Positions 40,301-54,369 of a stretch of 64,000 nucleotides of DNA are shown here, one piece after another. How positions within the stretch are numbered: the first letter of the stretch is position 1; each line of letters begins with the position of its first letter. The notes beneath the pieces were generated by a model that searched no databases, was not told the origin of the DNA, and saw nothing but the letters and a program-made list of their open reading frames with translations. Position numbers and translations under genes: made by a program. The stretch is from Paraspadella gotoi (lineage: Eukaryota; Animalia; Chaetognatha): positions 15,333,898 to 15,397,897 of the forward strand of contig CM119268.1 in the NCBI GenBank assembly GCA_051294375.1, given 5' to 3'.

Positions 40301-41119
40301 TTTTGGCTTTTGGCTTTGGAAGGATACAGAACTTTTTCAAAATACGCTTTTTCAGGATGTTTGGGGACGTGGCCATAATCGCGATTCAAACTAAAAATTT
40401 CAAAAAATAATTACAAATAAAAATGATAGACACTATATATGACGCGCTAATAATTACATGCTCCTTCGATATCGATTAATTAGAAATTGTAGAGTGACGT
40501 TTAAAAGTGATTTTTAAAGGCATTTACGATATTTCTGAGAGTCTCTATGTGGTGACGTTATGAGTTTTGAGAGAAGATTTGTTCAGAGAACCGGGAAATT
40601 GGGCTTCGGATCGAGTCGCGAAACCCGAGAGATTACTGAGTTATTGTCCTTTTGTGACGACTTGGAAGGAAAAGATGATGATGATACGGATTATTATCAT
40701 CTTCATCATCATCATGATGGCTCAATCATAATAGTCGCAGATATGCCTAAAAAATATGTCATGTTAAAATAGGACGACCCAAGGATGATTTGATAAAAAT
40801 AATTTTGGGAATGACAAAAACTTTTCGATTTATCCGGAATGACGAAAAAAACAAGACATATGAACTAAAAAGGGAACCTTTTCCGTTGTGTTCAATTGTT
40901 ATATGAGAAGCTCAGTCAGAAAAGAATAAAGTAATGTAAATCAAAAACTATACAACAACTCAAGACAACGAAACTACAGCGACGAAAGATTATAATCCGC
41001 CTTGTTGTCGTTGTTTGTAGTTGGTTTTCTTGTTGCGGTGAAAGTTTATCAGATGCGTCCGCTGCATTTAGGAGGCGGAATTTGATTCTCCCTCCCAGAC
41101 GCGTTATTTCGGCTGCGCT

Positions 41120-41735
41120 TTTCTTTCCTTCTTTCCAATTCTTTTTTTCTTTCTTTCTTTTCTTTCCCTTTATTTCTTTTGCTTTTCCTTTACCATTCAC
41201 CTCTTTTTAGCCTTTGCAGGGAGTGGTCTTTCTCTTTCCTATTATTTCCTTTCTTCCTCCTATCATATCTTGTTTTTCCTTCTTTCTTTATTTTCTTTTT
41301 CCTTTGCTTTTCTTCGTTTTTTCTTTTCCCACATTTTTCTTTTTTCCTTTCCTTCGATTTTTCTTTTTTCCTCTCCTTCCTTGCATGCTACCTTTTCTTT
41401 CCTTTCATTCGTTCATTTTTTTTCATTTCTTCTTCAATTCTTTCTTTGTTATCATCTTTCTATTTTTCCTCTTACTTTTATCAATTCTTCAATCTTTTCT
41501 ACATTTTCGGATTTTCCTTCCTTTCTCATTTTTCCCTTTCGATTCCTTTCTTATTTTCTATTGTTATGACAATTACTTCATATTTTTTTTACTTTCTTTT
41601 TTGTACGTTATCTTATCTTGTAGTATTTTTTCCTGTCTTTCTTTATTTGTTACTTTCTTTATTTATTCGTTTCTATATCCTTCCTTCTTTCCTTCTTTTT
41701 TTTCCTTCCGTTTTTTTTTCTTTTTCGTTCTCCTG
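41120..41735. repeat. T/C-rich low-complexity tract (A/G-rich mirror ~52600-53230)
   Basis: Strong pyrimidine skew; produces the spurious Phe/Ser-rich ORFs. Confidence 0.85.
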
Positions 41736-42126
41736 ACGTTGTCCGTCTATATCTCTTAATTCCTCTTTCCCGCCCATTTGTTTTTCTGATCAAATAATTC
41801 CCGAGGACATATTTTTACGTGGGACAGGAAAAGCAGGCGGGACGACGAATTGAAAACGACGCCGCGAGACGACACGACGCGAACAGACGAACGAAGGACG
41901 ACGAAAGACGACAGAGACGGCTCGCGACGCCGGCGCAAAAAACAAAAGCAAAAAATAATGACGCATCTAGTTCGTGATACAAATAGACTCCTAAAATAAT
42001 AGAAGTAGAGTCGTCTTCCTGAAGGAGTAGAAAAGGGCCGCATAAAATGAATAAGAAGTCAGATTCGATGATTGTACGAAGAGGGTGGAGAGGAGAGGGG
42101 GAGGAGAGGGGAGAGAGGGAGGAGGA

Positions 42127-42166
<40 letters not shown>

Positions 42167-43640
42167 AAGAGAGAGATGAATGAGAGAGAGGAGGGAGGAA
42201 GGGCAGAGAGGAGAGAAACAGAGAAGAAGAGAAGAGGAGAGAGAGAGATGAGAGAGGAGAAGATGAAGAGAGAGAGAGAGAGAGAAGAGAGAGAGAGTAG
42301 AAGCAAGAAGATGTTGTGTTTGCCCGAGGAACGAGTTCGGAATCCAGGACACATGACGGGCGAGAGGTCCACGTACGGGCAGAAATCAGCGCGTCGCGGT
42401 TGCTAGTATCTTTCTTCCTTCTTTCCCTATCTTTTTTTCTTCTTCTTTCTTCCTTCTTCTTCATTCTTTCCCAAGGGTCGAAAACCCGACGGGGCGCGGG
42501 TTTGGGTTTTTTTGTGGGGGGGGGATGGTCGTGGGTTTTGAAGTAAACTTAGGGGTAGAGAAAGCGGAGAGAACATATGTTTTGGGTCAAAGAAAAGCAG
42601 GACTACGAAAAAAAACGCGTGGCGGGGTCGTGGCATGAGTACGGTCTTTTGTTTTATTTCGTTTTTTGTTGTTTTTGGTCTTGGACGTTTGATTTTATTT
42701 AATGTTTTGTTTTATTAAGAGTTTAAGTGTATAATTCAAAAACAGAAAATTGTTGAGACTAAAAAATTAATCTGAATTTTGTAATAGAACAAGAGAAAAT
42801 TGATGGCTTTTGACGAGAACGAGAGAGAGTGAGAGAAGAGAGGATGAAGAGAGAGAGAGAGAGAGAGAGAGAGGGGAAGAAAAGAGAGAGAGAGAGAGAG
42901 AGAGAGAATAAATAAAAAAACTTACAACTAAGCCGTAAAGACGAAAGAGTCATATTTTTTAGTCTCACAATTTTCTGCTTTTGAATTATACACTTAAAAC
43001 TCTTAATAAACAAAACATTAAACTCGAAACATCAACGTCCAAACGACAAAACAACAAAAACCGATAAACAAAGACGTCCTCATGCCACGCCCACTGCGTT
43101 TTTTTTTCGTAGCTCCTCTTTTCTTTGACCCAAAACCATATGTTCTTCCCGCTTTCTACCCCTAGTTTACTCACCCACGACCATCCCCCCCCCACAAAAA
43201 ACCCAAACCCGCGCCCCGTCGGTTTTGACCCTTGGAAAGAAATAAGGAAAGAAAGAAGGAAAGAAAGAAGGAAAGAAAGAAGATAAGAAAGAAGGAAAGA
43301 AAGATCTAGCCAACCGCGACGCGTTTCTGCCCGTAACGTGACCTCTCGCCCGTCATGGTGTCCTGGATTCCGAACCTCGTCCTCGTGGCAACACAACATC
43401 GCTTTCTCTTCTTTTATTTTTTGGTTTTCTTTTGTACTCTCTCTCTTGGTCGAGAATCTATGAAAAAAATTACATATTTATTTTTTTAATTATTCTTTTT
43501 AATATATTAAAATAAAATCTGAGCTGAACAAATATTTTTTCTATCTGAAAAAAATATAAATGAAAATTTTTTAATTCTATAACCTGAAAAAATTTATTTT
43601 TATATTTTTTGTTATTTTTTTAAATTTAAGACACGTTTTT

Positions 43641-45902
43641 AGTCGGATCTGCTTATCACAGATCCGACTCTATAACTCCTTTTTTTATAACTCACTTTTT
43701 CGGTCCGTCGGTCCCCTCAATATTGTCGGGCACACAACTTATATCATGTCAGAACATCGAATTGATAAATTATGCAAAAAAAAAATGATGTCCGTCCGTC
43801 CGTCTGTCTGTCTGTCCGTCCGTCGTCCGTCCGTCCGTCCGTCCGTCCGTCCGTCCGTCCGTCCGTCCGTCCGTCCGTCCGTCCGTTCCGTCCGTCCGTC
43901 CGGTCGTCCGTCCGTCCGTCCGTCGTCCGTCCGTCCGTCCGTCCACCTTTAGCAAAAAAACCACCAATTATCGTGATTGGATGGATGGATTTAAATGAAA
44001 TTTTGTTGTGTGGATAGGTAAGTGTGTGATTGAGCTGGATATTAAGGTTTCGATGGAATCGTCCGAATGGAAATGAGTTTAAATGGAAAAACAAAAAAAA
44101 ATATATTCACTATTTGAACACCAATTGCTCATGAGTGGATGGGCTGATTGACCTGGAATTTGTATGTGGGTAGGAAAGTGTGTGATTTGAACAGGAAATA
44201 AGTTTCGATGGAATAGTTTGAGTGAAATGGAGTTTAATGGAAAAAACAAAAAAACCTGTTTTACTAATGGATTTGCTCTTTTTCCTTTTATATTAAATGT
44301 ATCTGCAGGATGTATTAATAATCAAAATATTATCAGTTAATTAATCAATAGTAAATAAATTAATCATAATTAATTAATTAGTCAATCAATCCGTCCCATC
44401 CGTCCCATCTTAGCAAAAGCTCCATAACTCGTGATTGCTGGTTGGATGGAATAAAATTTTGTGTGTGGGTAGGAAAGTGTGTGATAAAGCTGGATATAAA
44501 TTTCGATGGAATCGTGGTGAGTGGAAATTAGTTTTAAATGGAAAAAACATAAGTCGAATTTACTAAAATCTTTTTACTTATTTTAACCAATAAATACTCC
44601 AATTATCATAATTGGATGGATAGATTGATTGAAATTTTTGTGTGTGGGAGGAAACGTATGACGAAGCTTGATATAAGTTTCAGTGAAACGTACCAGTGGA
44701 AATGAGTTTAAAATGAAAAAAATATGAGTCACATTTACATTGAATCTTTTATTTATTTTAACCATGATAGAATTGAGAGAAATTTTGTGAGCCGGTAGGA
44801 AGTGAGGTGAAGAAGCTAGATATAAAGTTTGACGGAATGCAAGTTGAAAAATTATGCAATTGAAAAAATGATGCAAGTTAAAAAAATCTTAAAAGCATAA
44901 GGATTTCGTCGCTATTGCATAAAAAGAGAGAGAAGAGAGAGAGAGAAAGAGAGAGTGAGAGAGAGAGAGAGAGAGGTGAGAGAGAAAGAGGAGAGAGTGA
45001 GAGAGAGAGAGAGAGAAGAGACATAAAAATAAAAAAATCTTAAAAAGACTAAGATAGACAGAGCCCTATCATATGAAATTAATGAAAAAACCGGGAAAAA
45101 AACGATGAATCTGCGAGAGATTGTTGATGTATAGTATTGATTGAGGTACTATTGATTGATGTCATAGTAATTTATGATTGTAATAGGATTGATTATTGAT
45201 CGATGATAATCAATTATTATGCGATGATATCATTCACTGCTGTGATATAGTCATTCATGATGCTATGATTGTCATCATTGATGCTGATTTGCATTCTTGA
45301 TGCGATGATAGTCATTAAAACAACAAATGCGAGTATGAGTAAAGAAGGAGAGAGATGAGAGAGAAGAAGAGAGAGAGAGAGAGAGAAAGAGAGAGCCCAG
45401 AGAAAGAAAGAGAGAGAGAGAAGAAAGAGAGAGAGAAGAGAAAGAAAGAGAATAATCCACGAAATCTCGGATGAAAATATGGGATTTTGTATGAAAAAAA
45501 GCGCGGATAAATGGCAAATAAAAAAAGTTTTTAGAAGGAAAAAAATAATCAGAATTTTTCAAAAACAAACGATCACGCAAAAGATCGGACAGATAGGGAC
45601 AGACACACACAAGAGACAGAGAGACAGAGAGAGAGAGAGAAAAAGAGAGAGAGATGAGAGACAGCCGCTGCAGAGAAAGAGAAGAGAAAGACGATATATA
45701 ATAATTAAAAAGAGAAGAGAGAGAAGCTCTACAGCCCTTTACTCGTTAAAGACATCAGCAGTACTTATGGCGCCGCACGTAGCGTGAGCTATTCTCTACC
45801 AAAGACCCGGGTTCGCGCCCTGTTCGCGCATCGTTTTTATACATTAGTGAACCCACATTTATCTAAAAAAATTTTTTGTAAAAAAAAAAGAAGAGAAGAT
45901 GA

Positions 45903-45933
<31 letters not shown>

Positions 45934-46460
45934 GAAGCTGGACAGACGCTGCAGGCCGGAATCGTTTGTAGAAGAAGCAGTGACGGAGAAAAAGAGAGAG
46001 AGAAGAGCGACATATAATTAAAACGTTTTTGTTTTGTAATAAAACATAAACAAATACCATTTGATATGAAACATGAGAATTTAAAGATCTTGATGATTAG
46101 AAGCCCATATATGAAAATTTCAACTCCCTATGATATCACACTTTCAGAAGCCATGATTGCAAAAAAGCGAGACCGAAAGTAAACCGAAAAAAAATCTAGA
46201 CAGGACGGGCTTTGCCCGCCTGGCTCGATAATAGAGGATATTTGTTTGTTTTGATAAAATGTAAACAAAACATTTAATAACGTCCTGACTCAATTTAATG
46301 GACATCGATGATGACAAGCTGAATATAAAATATAATTAATCTATTAATTAATTAATTAATTAATTAATTAATTATTAATCATTAATTATTAATTAATTAT
46401 TAATCAATTAATTAATTAATTATCGTAGGCAGATCGACATTGATTGCTCCAACTTGTTTA
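43641..46460 (+). mobile_element. HINE/DINE-1-like element, family 2, with intact 5' hairpin; composite or nested
   Basis: TTTTT then AGTCGGATCTG-cttatca-CAGATCCGACT (11-bp stem, 43641-43669), (GTCC)n at ~43789-43945, several internal repeat units at ~43970-44850, and a 3'-type end GGCAGATCGAC...AACTTGTTT at ~46428-46459. The intervening 45455-45965 matches 5767-5940 and 4845-4880. Confidence 0.6.
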
Positions 46461-46649
46461 ATATCCAAACAAGTTTGAACCAAAAAGATGATCTGTTTAT
46501 TGGCAATATTGCATAATATTGTGCTATACATACTTATTCTCTAACACACATTCTCGTCTCTCTATCTTCTTTCTTTTTTCCCTCTTGCACTGAATAAAAA
46601 AAGCAAATAATAAAATTATATGTAAAAATAATAAACAAATATAATAAAT

Positions 46650-47415
46650 AAGTTTGAGAAACATGCCGGATCTGCCCACGATCATTATCGGTAATTAATT
46701 AATTAATTAGTTGAAAATAATAAATTATTTAATTAATTACATATTTATTAATTAAGAATAACATCGGAACATTTGGCGCTCAAATGATTTGAACAAGACG
46801 ACACGACAACGAATACATGACGAAGACACCGTAGTACAGTAGTGGTCATAAGAATGACCTGTTCATACCCACCTTATTATGGCTAACCTAATGTAAATAT
46901 AGTTGTTATTATTTTTATCATTTTTGCTTGTTTGTTTTTCGTTTTTTCTTATATAATTATGACAAAAGAAATGATGACCATTATGATTATGACGAGGAAA
47001 ACACCGTCATGATATATAGAATAATTGATTGTCAATTAAATGAAATTCATATCAGGCCCTGTTAGTTTTTAGGTCTTTTTGTCAGGTCACTGACCGGACA
47101 AAGCAAGAACGACGTTGAGATGACGACAATGTTTAATACTGGCATTGTTTTATGATTAATTCATTGTATTAATTATTAATTGGTTCTTTTATATTATTGA
47201 TAAATAATTTATTAATTAGTTGATTGTTAAATTAATTGATTAATTAATTATTGATAAATAAAAATTGATCATTAATTTTTGATTGATTAAGTTAATGATT
47301 GATTAATTAATTGATTAATTAAATAATTAATTCAGCTTGTATTACATTTAATAAAAAGAAAAAAGCAATATGAAAGCGGTTTTTTTTAATTTAAATTTAT
47401 TTCCACTCAAACGAT
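46650..47415 (-). mobile_element. Degenerate family-2 element fragments
   Basis: AAGTTTGAGAAAC...GGATCTGCC followed by (AATT)n, and TTTCCACTCAAACGATT at ~47400, match the reverse complement of the family-2 3' end and internal unit. Confidence 0.45.
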
Positions 47416-47679
47416 TCTTACAATCTTACAATTTCATAGTAAAAATTACTTGTTATTTGTTAACAAAAAGATTGGTTTTAAATTATTCTACCAATGAATT
47501 ATATGTCTAAAGAGAATATTTTTATAAATAATAATAAATGTCAATTTCTAAAAGAAGGAAGCGATGTGCACTCGAAACCGAAGCGATCGGGTAAAAAAGT
47601 AAGGATTGCACCGAAACGGAGCGGAGGGGTCTGGAGCGCCGGATTGCAGCGGCGAAAAATCGATCGCTTCACATCTCTG

Positions 47680-48680
47680 ATATATATAGACTAAACAGCA
47701 TACGTTTATATTTTAATTAGTTTTAAATATAAATTTAACGATTACTTTTAGCGTGAGGGAGAGTAAAAAGATAATATCTGCGTGACATGAGGACTTATTC
47801 ACCGCTTATCCGTCTGGTTTTCACCACCTTGGTGTCTCGGTTGATCGCTTGATGGCGTGCCCGTTGGGTGGGCGTAGTTTGCAACAATCAGACCGCAAGC
47901 AAAACTCGATTAATCCTAGTGAAACATCGTTTTTTGTGAAACTCTTGAGTGGCGTAGGACACTTCTCATCGTCGGCGGTGACTTAGAAAGCTGCTCCGCG
48001 GCGGGCGCTGCACGGTGCCAACAGCGGTTCCCCGGCGCCGCCCCGCGCGGAATCGCGGGAGGGGCCTTTTTGTCTCGACGCCAAAGATCTTCCCTTCCAT
48101 GGGCGTCGGTTGCCATGGTACGGAGGGAGAATGAACTATTAGCGAAATCGGTTCAAAAATGCTTATTAACACTATCAACGCTTCATCTTTAGCGTTAAAA
48201 CGGTCTTTTTAAAAAGTATTTTCCTAGAGGCCGATCTTGGCCTTTAAAAAAAAATATATTAATCAATAAACCATTTTATATTAAACATTACTTACGGCAT
48301 CGGTCGATAATGCCAATGAATTAATAAATAAATAATATCATTTTGAACTATTTCATCGCTTGGCCTGACAGTAAGAAAGAAACTCCGGCTTAAGGAAAAA
48401 AAAGATTTTTTTATCCGACGTCGACCGTCAGGGTCGCTAATGATGGACGCGTCGACACCAAGCGACGTCATCTTTGGTCCTCAGGGGTCAGAGGGTCAAA
48501 GAAAAGGTCAGAGGTCACAAGACATGCGAGACGTAAGGTGAATCCCGAAGAGGCGAAAGAAGGTACAGGAAAAAAGGGGAGAAAACGTCGATGCAAAGGA
48601 TAGATTAATAGATAGATAGATAGATAGATAGTTAGATAGTTAGATAGATAAATAGATAGATGGATAGATAGATAGATAGC

Positions 48681-48754
<74 letters not shown>

Positions 48755-51700
48755 TAGTTTCTGATCGGTAGGAGAAAGAATAAATCTCCTTTTTCTTTCA
48801 CCTCCTCTGATCAGTTTTCGCGCTCCATATTTCTTCCAAATTTCTTCACCACTTCTCCGCTTTTTTCTATCGCCACGAGATCCCTCTCATCAGTCGGGTC
48901 AAACCCTGCTTATAAATCCAAAATTCCGGCGGCCATTTCTGTCCAGAAATTTCGCGCCAAGCGACGCCAGAGAGTGTCGGCGTGGATCGCGAGTGCCACT
49001 CACAAGTCACACGTCTTGTTTGGATCGAAAATTTGAGAATTACGTACGTAATTATTTAATTATTATTATGATTTTTTTAAAATATTTTGTTCTTCTCTTC
49101 TTTTGTTTATTCTCTTCTCACTGATCTCTAGCTTCTTCCTCTCTTTCCAACTACTTTCTTTCTCACTTCTCCCCCCCACTCACTCTCCCTCTCGCTTCTC
49201 CCCCTCTCTCCCCTCAGTCTAAGAATGATGTGATTCGCCGGGGCAAAGTCTCAGCATCGTCAAGAAGGCGCAAGAGCGAAAATGAGACCACGATGCTGTA
49301 GTTTGTTGAGGTACAGTCTCGGTCTTGATACTTGCAATAAGTCATATACCGTTGTTATCCTTTTTGTGCGAAATCTTTATCGTTCTTCCCGCCAGTACGA
49401 AAATCTACGAAATATTCAAATTCTAAACGAAACGCGTCGCCATTTGGCTCGTGATGTAATTTTAGAGTTGCAATAATGTCGGGGACTCTTAAGGAATAAC
49501 AAAAGTTTAAGCTCGCAGATAAACGGTGCAGAAAAAAAACTTTTGTATTAGTTTATAATCAAAGGGTCATTGTTCTAAGCGGCGCGGTGATCGGAGTAAT
49601 AGGAAGAATCTAGAGATCGAATTTCAATTTTCCTTTTCTCGATATGACCGAGAAAAATTTAGCAGGCTACCTTTACTAGACAGTTCTCTCTCAACTTGTT
49701 AACGTGTACAGTCTCTTCCAGCGTGAGAAAAATTTCCCAAAAGTAATTTCTGGAAATCCGGGAGAAACGACGCCAATATAATTCATCAAGCTTTGCAAAT
49801 AAAGTGACAGTAGTAAGACGAAAGAAAAAATTCAAAAAATTTAGCTCCGAAGTCGGCGATACAGTCGGCCGATCTCAAAGCTAACTGAGATTGTAAGCTG
49901 CCGATTCAAAGCGAGAAAAAAGGGATATTCAATCGTGTAGTTTTTCAGAGAACTCATATTGGCAAGATTTAAATTGTTTCTGGTCTTCGCTTACCATAAG
50001 GAAAATGAAAGATTTAAGATAACATGTGGGGTTCAGAACTCATCGAGGCTAAGTTTTTTTTTTTTTCTCGGGTCGTAATTAAGAACTCCTCCGAATTTTC
50101 ACCTTTTCTTTATCGCGTGATTGATCGCAATTAATATCCCGTACGTATTGGCGTAATTACGTATTACGAAAATCCCTAATTATATTTCCCTAAGCTGGGA
50201 ATGGACTAAAACCATAACTTTTCGGACGAAACTCAATGGGTCAATGAATCTGGCTCATCGCCGACGCGACCGTATTCCGTCATTTCGTATTCACCGCTGT
50301 TACGTCGTCTCGTCGTCGTCATCCCCATCGTCGTCGTCGTCGTCGTCGCAGCGGAGTGAGTCAGGGTCATCAGTAACGACGTCTACCTAAAAAACGAGGG
50401 TCGTGAATGGTGGCCGAGTGTGGTGGTGTCAAGAGTGTCGCAAGGGTGGTGGGGTTGAAGACGGTCCGGAAATGGCGATAAAGAAAGAAGCCGAAAATGT
50501 GGAGGCGACTCAAAAAAAAAAAAAAAAGGATTGGACGATTAAATGTCAAATTAGGTAGAGGAACTCAAAACTGATCGGGCAACTTCACAGATTAGCGACG
50601 TGCGTTACGACGTTTTGGGCTCCAGGACAATCACGTTGTCTTTGTGATGATGTTTTTTCTTTGCTTATTGATAATCTCGTATGGTCGGTCCTTTCATTTC
50701 CCCAACCTTTTGTACGATTCGGATTAACTTTCGTCCATCCCCCTCCACCCTATCTCTCTCTTTTCCTCTCTCCTCCCTAAAATGCATCCTTACCACACCT
50801 CCCTTCACCCTTCTTCTCCCGCACCACTGACCTCCGATGTCACGTGTTCCAAAGGGGCGGTCGATGCGCGGGGTCCGGCCAACGGGGCGCCCACCTGCGA
50901 CCCGGGACGCTCGGCCTCTGGCGGCCCGTCGTTTATCGTTATTGTTTTCGTATGTCGTTGCTCGCTGGTCCGTCGTTGTAGTATAGATTTACTGTTTAAA
51001 TCTTGGTCTTGAATCATTTATATCGCATAATTTCCTCTGAGCAGTCTAGACCTTTAGATATACTTTTCCTTAGAGCATTTTATATGAAAACGATTGGCCA
51101 TGGCGACTAATGCTGTAACAAAGAGTCGCGCAATAGCGAGGCGCCCTTGCATGAAAAAGCGCGCGCCGTTCGCACAAGAAAAGAGCGGAATAAATTTCTT
51201 AAGAGAAAAAAATATTCTTCGAGGAGGAAAAACATAACGGAGACGCAAATTATAAATATAAAAAAAAAAGAAGAAAAATCACTCATTGGGAATTTTTTGG
51301 CTGACTTTGGTTTTTTTCTCTTTTTTCCATTTCATTGCGATTTTTGGGATTAAAAAGGCTTTCGCTCTGTTTTTGACTCTTTCGTCTTTACGGCTTAGTT
51401 GTAAGTTTTTTTATTTATTCTCTCTTCTCTCTCTCTCTCTCTCCTCTTTCTCACTCGCTCTCTCTCTCTCTCTCCTCTCTCTCTTCTCCGTCTCTTCTCT
51501 CCGTCTCCTCTCGTTCTCGTCAAAAAGCATCAATTTATCTCTTGTCTATTACAAAATCAGAGTTATTATTTTTTAGTCTACAATTTTCTGTTTTGAACTT
51601 ATACACTTAAACTCATGTAATAAACAAAACATTAAACTCGAAATCAAACGTCAAGACCAGAGAAACAACAAAAACCGAATAGACATAAGACGTCACTCAT

Positions 51701-52113
51701 TGCGCACCCCGCCACTGCGTTTTTTCTTGTAGTCCTCTTTTCTTTGACCCAAGAACATAGCCCGCCTCTACCCCTAAGTTTACTTCAACCACGAACCACC
51801 CCCCCCCAACAAAACCCAAACCCCGCGTCCCGCGTCGGGTTTTCGACCTTGGAAAAATGAAGAAAAGGGAAAAGAAGAAAAGAAGGAGAAGAAGAAAGAT
51901 TACTGCAACCGCGACGCGCTGATTTCTGCCCGTACGTGGACCTCTCGCCCGTCATGTGTCCTGGATTCCGAACTCGTTCCTCGGGCAAACACAACATCTT
52001 CTTGACCTTTCTCTCTCTCTCTTCTCTCTCTCTCTCTCTCTCTCATCTTCTCTCTTCTCATCTCTCTCTCTCCTCTCTCTCTTCTGTTCTCTCTCTCGCT
52101 TCCTCCCTCCGTC

Positions 52114-52148
<35 letters not shown>

Positions 52149-54125
52149 CTCTCTCTCATCTCTTCTCTTCTCTCTCTCTCTCTCTCTCCTCCCTCCCTCC
52201 TCTTCCACCCTCTTTCGTAAATCAATCGAATCGACTTCTTATTCATTTTATGCGCCCTTTTCTTACTCCTTCAGAAGAGACTCTATTCTATTATTTTAGG
52301 AGTCTATTTTATCACAATGATGCGGCATTTATTTTTTTCTTTTTTTTTTTTTTTGCGCCGGCGTCCGCGACGTGCCGTCTTTGTCGTACTTCTCGTCGTC
52401 TTTTCGTCGTAACTTTCGTCGTCGTCGTCGTCTTCGCGTCTCGTCGTCGTCGTCGTTTTCAATTCGTGTCCGCTGCTTTTTCTGTCCCACCGTAAAAATA
52501 TGTCCCTCGGGAATTATTTGATCAGGAAAAAAAAGGGCGGAAGAGAATAAGAGATATAGAAGGAAATCGGAGAACGNNNNNNNNNNNNNNNNNNNNNNNN
52601 NAAAAAAAAAAAAAAAACGAAGAGAAAAAAAAAGAAGGAAAGAAGGAAGGAATATAGAAAGAATAAAATAAAGAAAGTAACAAATAAAGAAAGAAAGAAT
52701 TAAATAAATAACGTACAAAAAAAGAAAGGTAACAACAAAAAAAGAAAATGAAGTCATTAAAAATTTAGAAAATAAAGAGAAGAATCGAAGGGAAAAAGGA
52801 GAAAAGAAAGGAAAATCCGAAAATGTAAAAGAGAAAGAAAAAAGAAAAGAATTGAAGGAAAGTGAAATAAAAGTTATAGTAGGAAAAGATAAAAATAGAA
52901 AGATGGAAATAAACAAAAGAAAGGAAAAGAGAAAGAAAAAAAAAGAATCGAAAGAAAGGAAAGAAAAGAAATAATAGGAAAAGAGAGAGAGAAAAAAAGA
53001 AAATAATCGAAGGAAAGGAAAAAAAAGAAAAAATGGGAAAAAAGAAAAAAGAAAGAAAAGAATAATAGGAAAATAGAAATAAAGAAAGAAAGAAAAAAAA
53101 AGAATGGAAGGAAAGGAAAGGAAAGAGAAATAAAGAAAGAAAGAAGGAAAAAAAATGGAAGGAAAGGAAAGAAAAGAGAAATAAAGAAAGAAAGAAGAAA
53201 AAAAAGAATGGAAAGAAAGAAAAGAAAGCGAGCAAATAACCGCGTCTGGGAGGGAGAATCAAATTCCGCCTCCAAATGCAGGCGACGCATCGATAACTTT
53301 CACCGCAACAGAAAACCAACTACAACAACGACAACAAGCGGAATATATCTTTCGTCGTTGTGTTTCGTTGTATAGTTTATAGTTTTTGATTTATATTACT
53401 TTATCTTTTCTGACTGAGCTTCTCATAATAATGAACCAACGGAAAAGGTTCCCTTTTTTAGTTCATATGTCTTGTTTTTTGTCATTCCGGATAAATCGAA
53501 AAGTTTTTGTCATCCCAAAATTTTTTTACTAATCATCCTTGGGACGTCCTATTTTAAATGACAATATTTTTTAGCATATCTGCGACATTATGATGAGATC
53601 ATGATGATGATGAAGATGATAATAATCGTCATCATCATCATCTTTTCCTTCCAAGCTCGTCAAGGAAAAAAATAACCTCAGTAATCTCTCGGGTTTCGCG
53701 ACTCCGATCCGAAGCCCAATTCCCGGATTCTCTGACAAATCTTCTCTCAAAACTCATAACGTCACATGAGACTCTCAGAAAATATCGTAAATGCCTTAAA
53801 AATCACTTTTAAACGTCACTCCTACAATTTTACATAATCGATATCGAAGGAGCATTGTAATTATAGCGCGTCTATATAGTGTCATAATCATTTTTATTTG
53901 TTTAAATATTTTGAAATTTTTTTGTTTGAATCGCAGTTTGGCACGTCCCCAAAATCCTGAACGTATTTGATAAAAGTTCTGTATCCTCAAAGCCAAAGCC
54001 AAAATACAACTACAACGTTCAAAATGTAGGATTGCTTACAAACTCAGTCGAGTCAAGCTATAATTTTTTTTATTACCAAGCCGATGGAGAGGAATCGGTT
54101 TTAATTTAAACATTACTCTTTAAAT
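47680..54125. repeat. Noisy second copy of 36281-39985 (direct) continuing into 42951-40180 (inverted)
   Basis: 47680-51377 matches 36281-39985; 51374-54125 matches the reverse complement of 40180-42951; the differences are mostly single-base indels. Confidence 0.9.
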
Positions 54126-54369
54126 NNNNNNNNNNNNNNNNNNNNNNNNNNNNNNNNNNNNNNNNNNNNNNNNNNNNNNNNNNNNNNNNNNNNNNNNNNN
54201 NNNNNNNNNNNNNNNNNNNNNNNNNNNNNNNNNNNNNNNNNNNNNNNNNNNNNNNNNNNNNNNNNNNNNNNNNNNNNNNNNNNNNNNNNNNNNNNNNNNN
54301 NNNNNNNNNNNNNNNNNNNNNNNNNNNNNNNNNNNNNNNNNNNNNNNNNNNNNNNNNNNNNNNNNNNNN
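54126..54369. other. Scaffold gap of 244 N; other gaps at 1431-1455, 13621-13644, 16737-16761, 21955-21979, 24060-24084, 39986-40010, 52577-52601 and 57819-57828
   Basis: Runs of n; six of the gaps are exactly 25 N. Confidence 0.99.

Noticed and set aside
41179-42464. 180-aa F/S/L-rich ORFs (also 51936-53319 and 8666-9178)
   Set aside because: Polypyrimidine tracts are open in several frames at once, and frames are not preserved between duplicate copies.
43744-44094. RTDG/SVRP repeat proteins
   Set aside because: Translations of the (GTCC)n microsatellite inside the HINE-like element.
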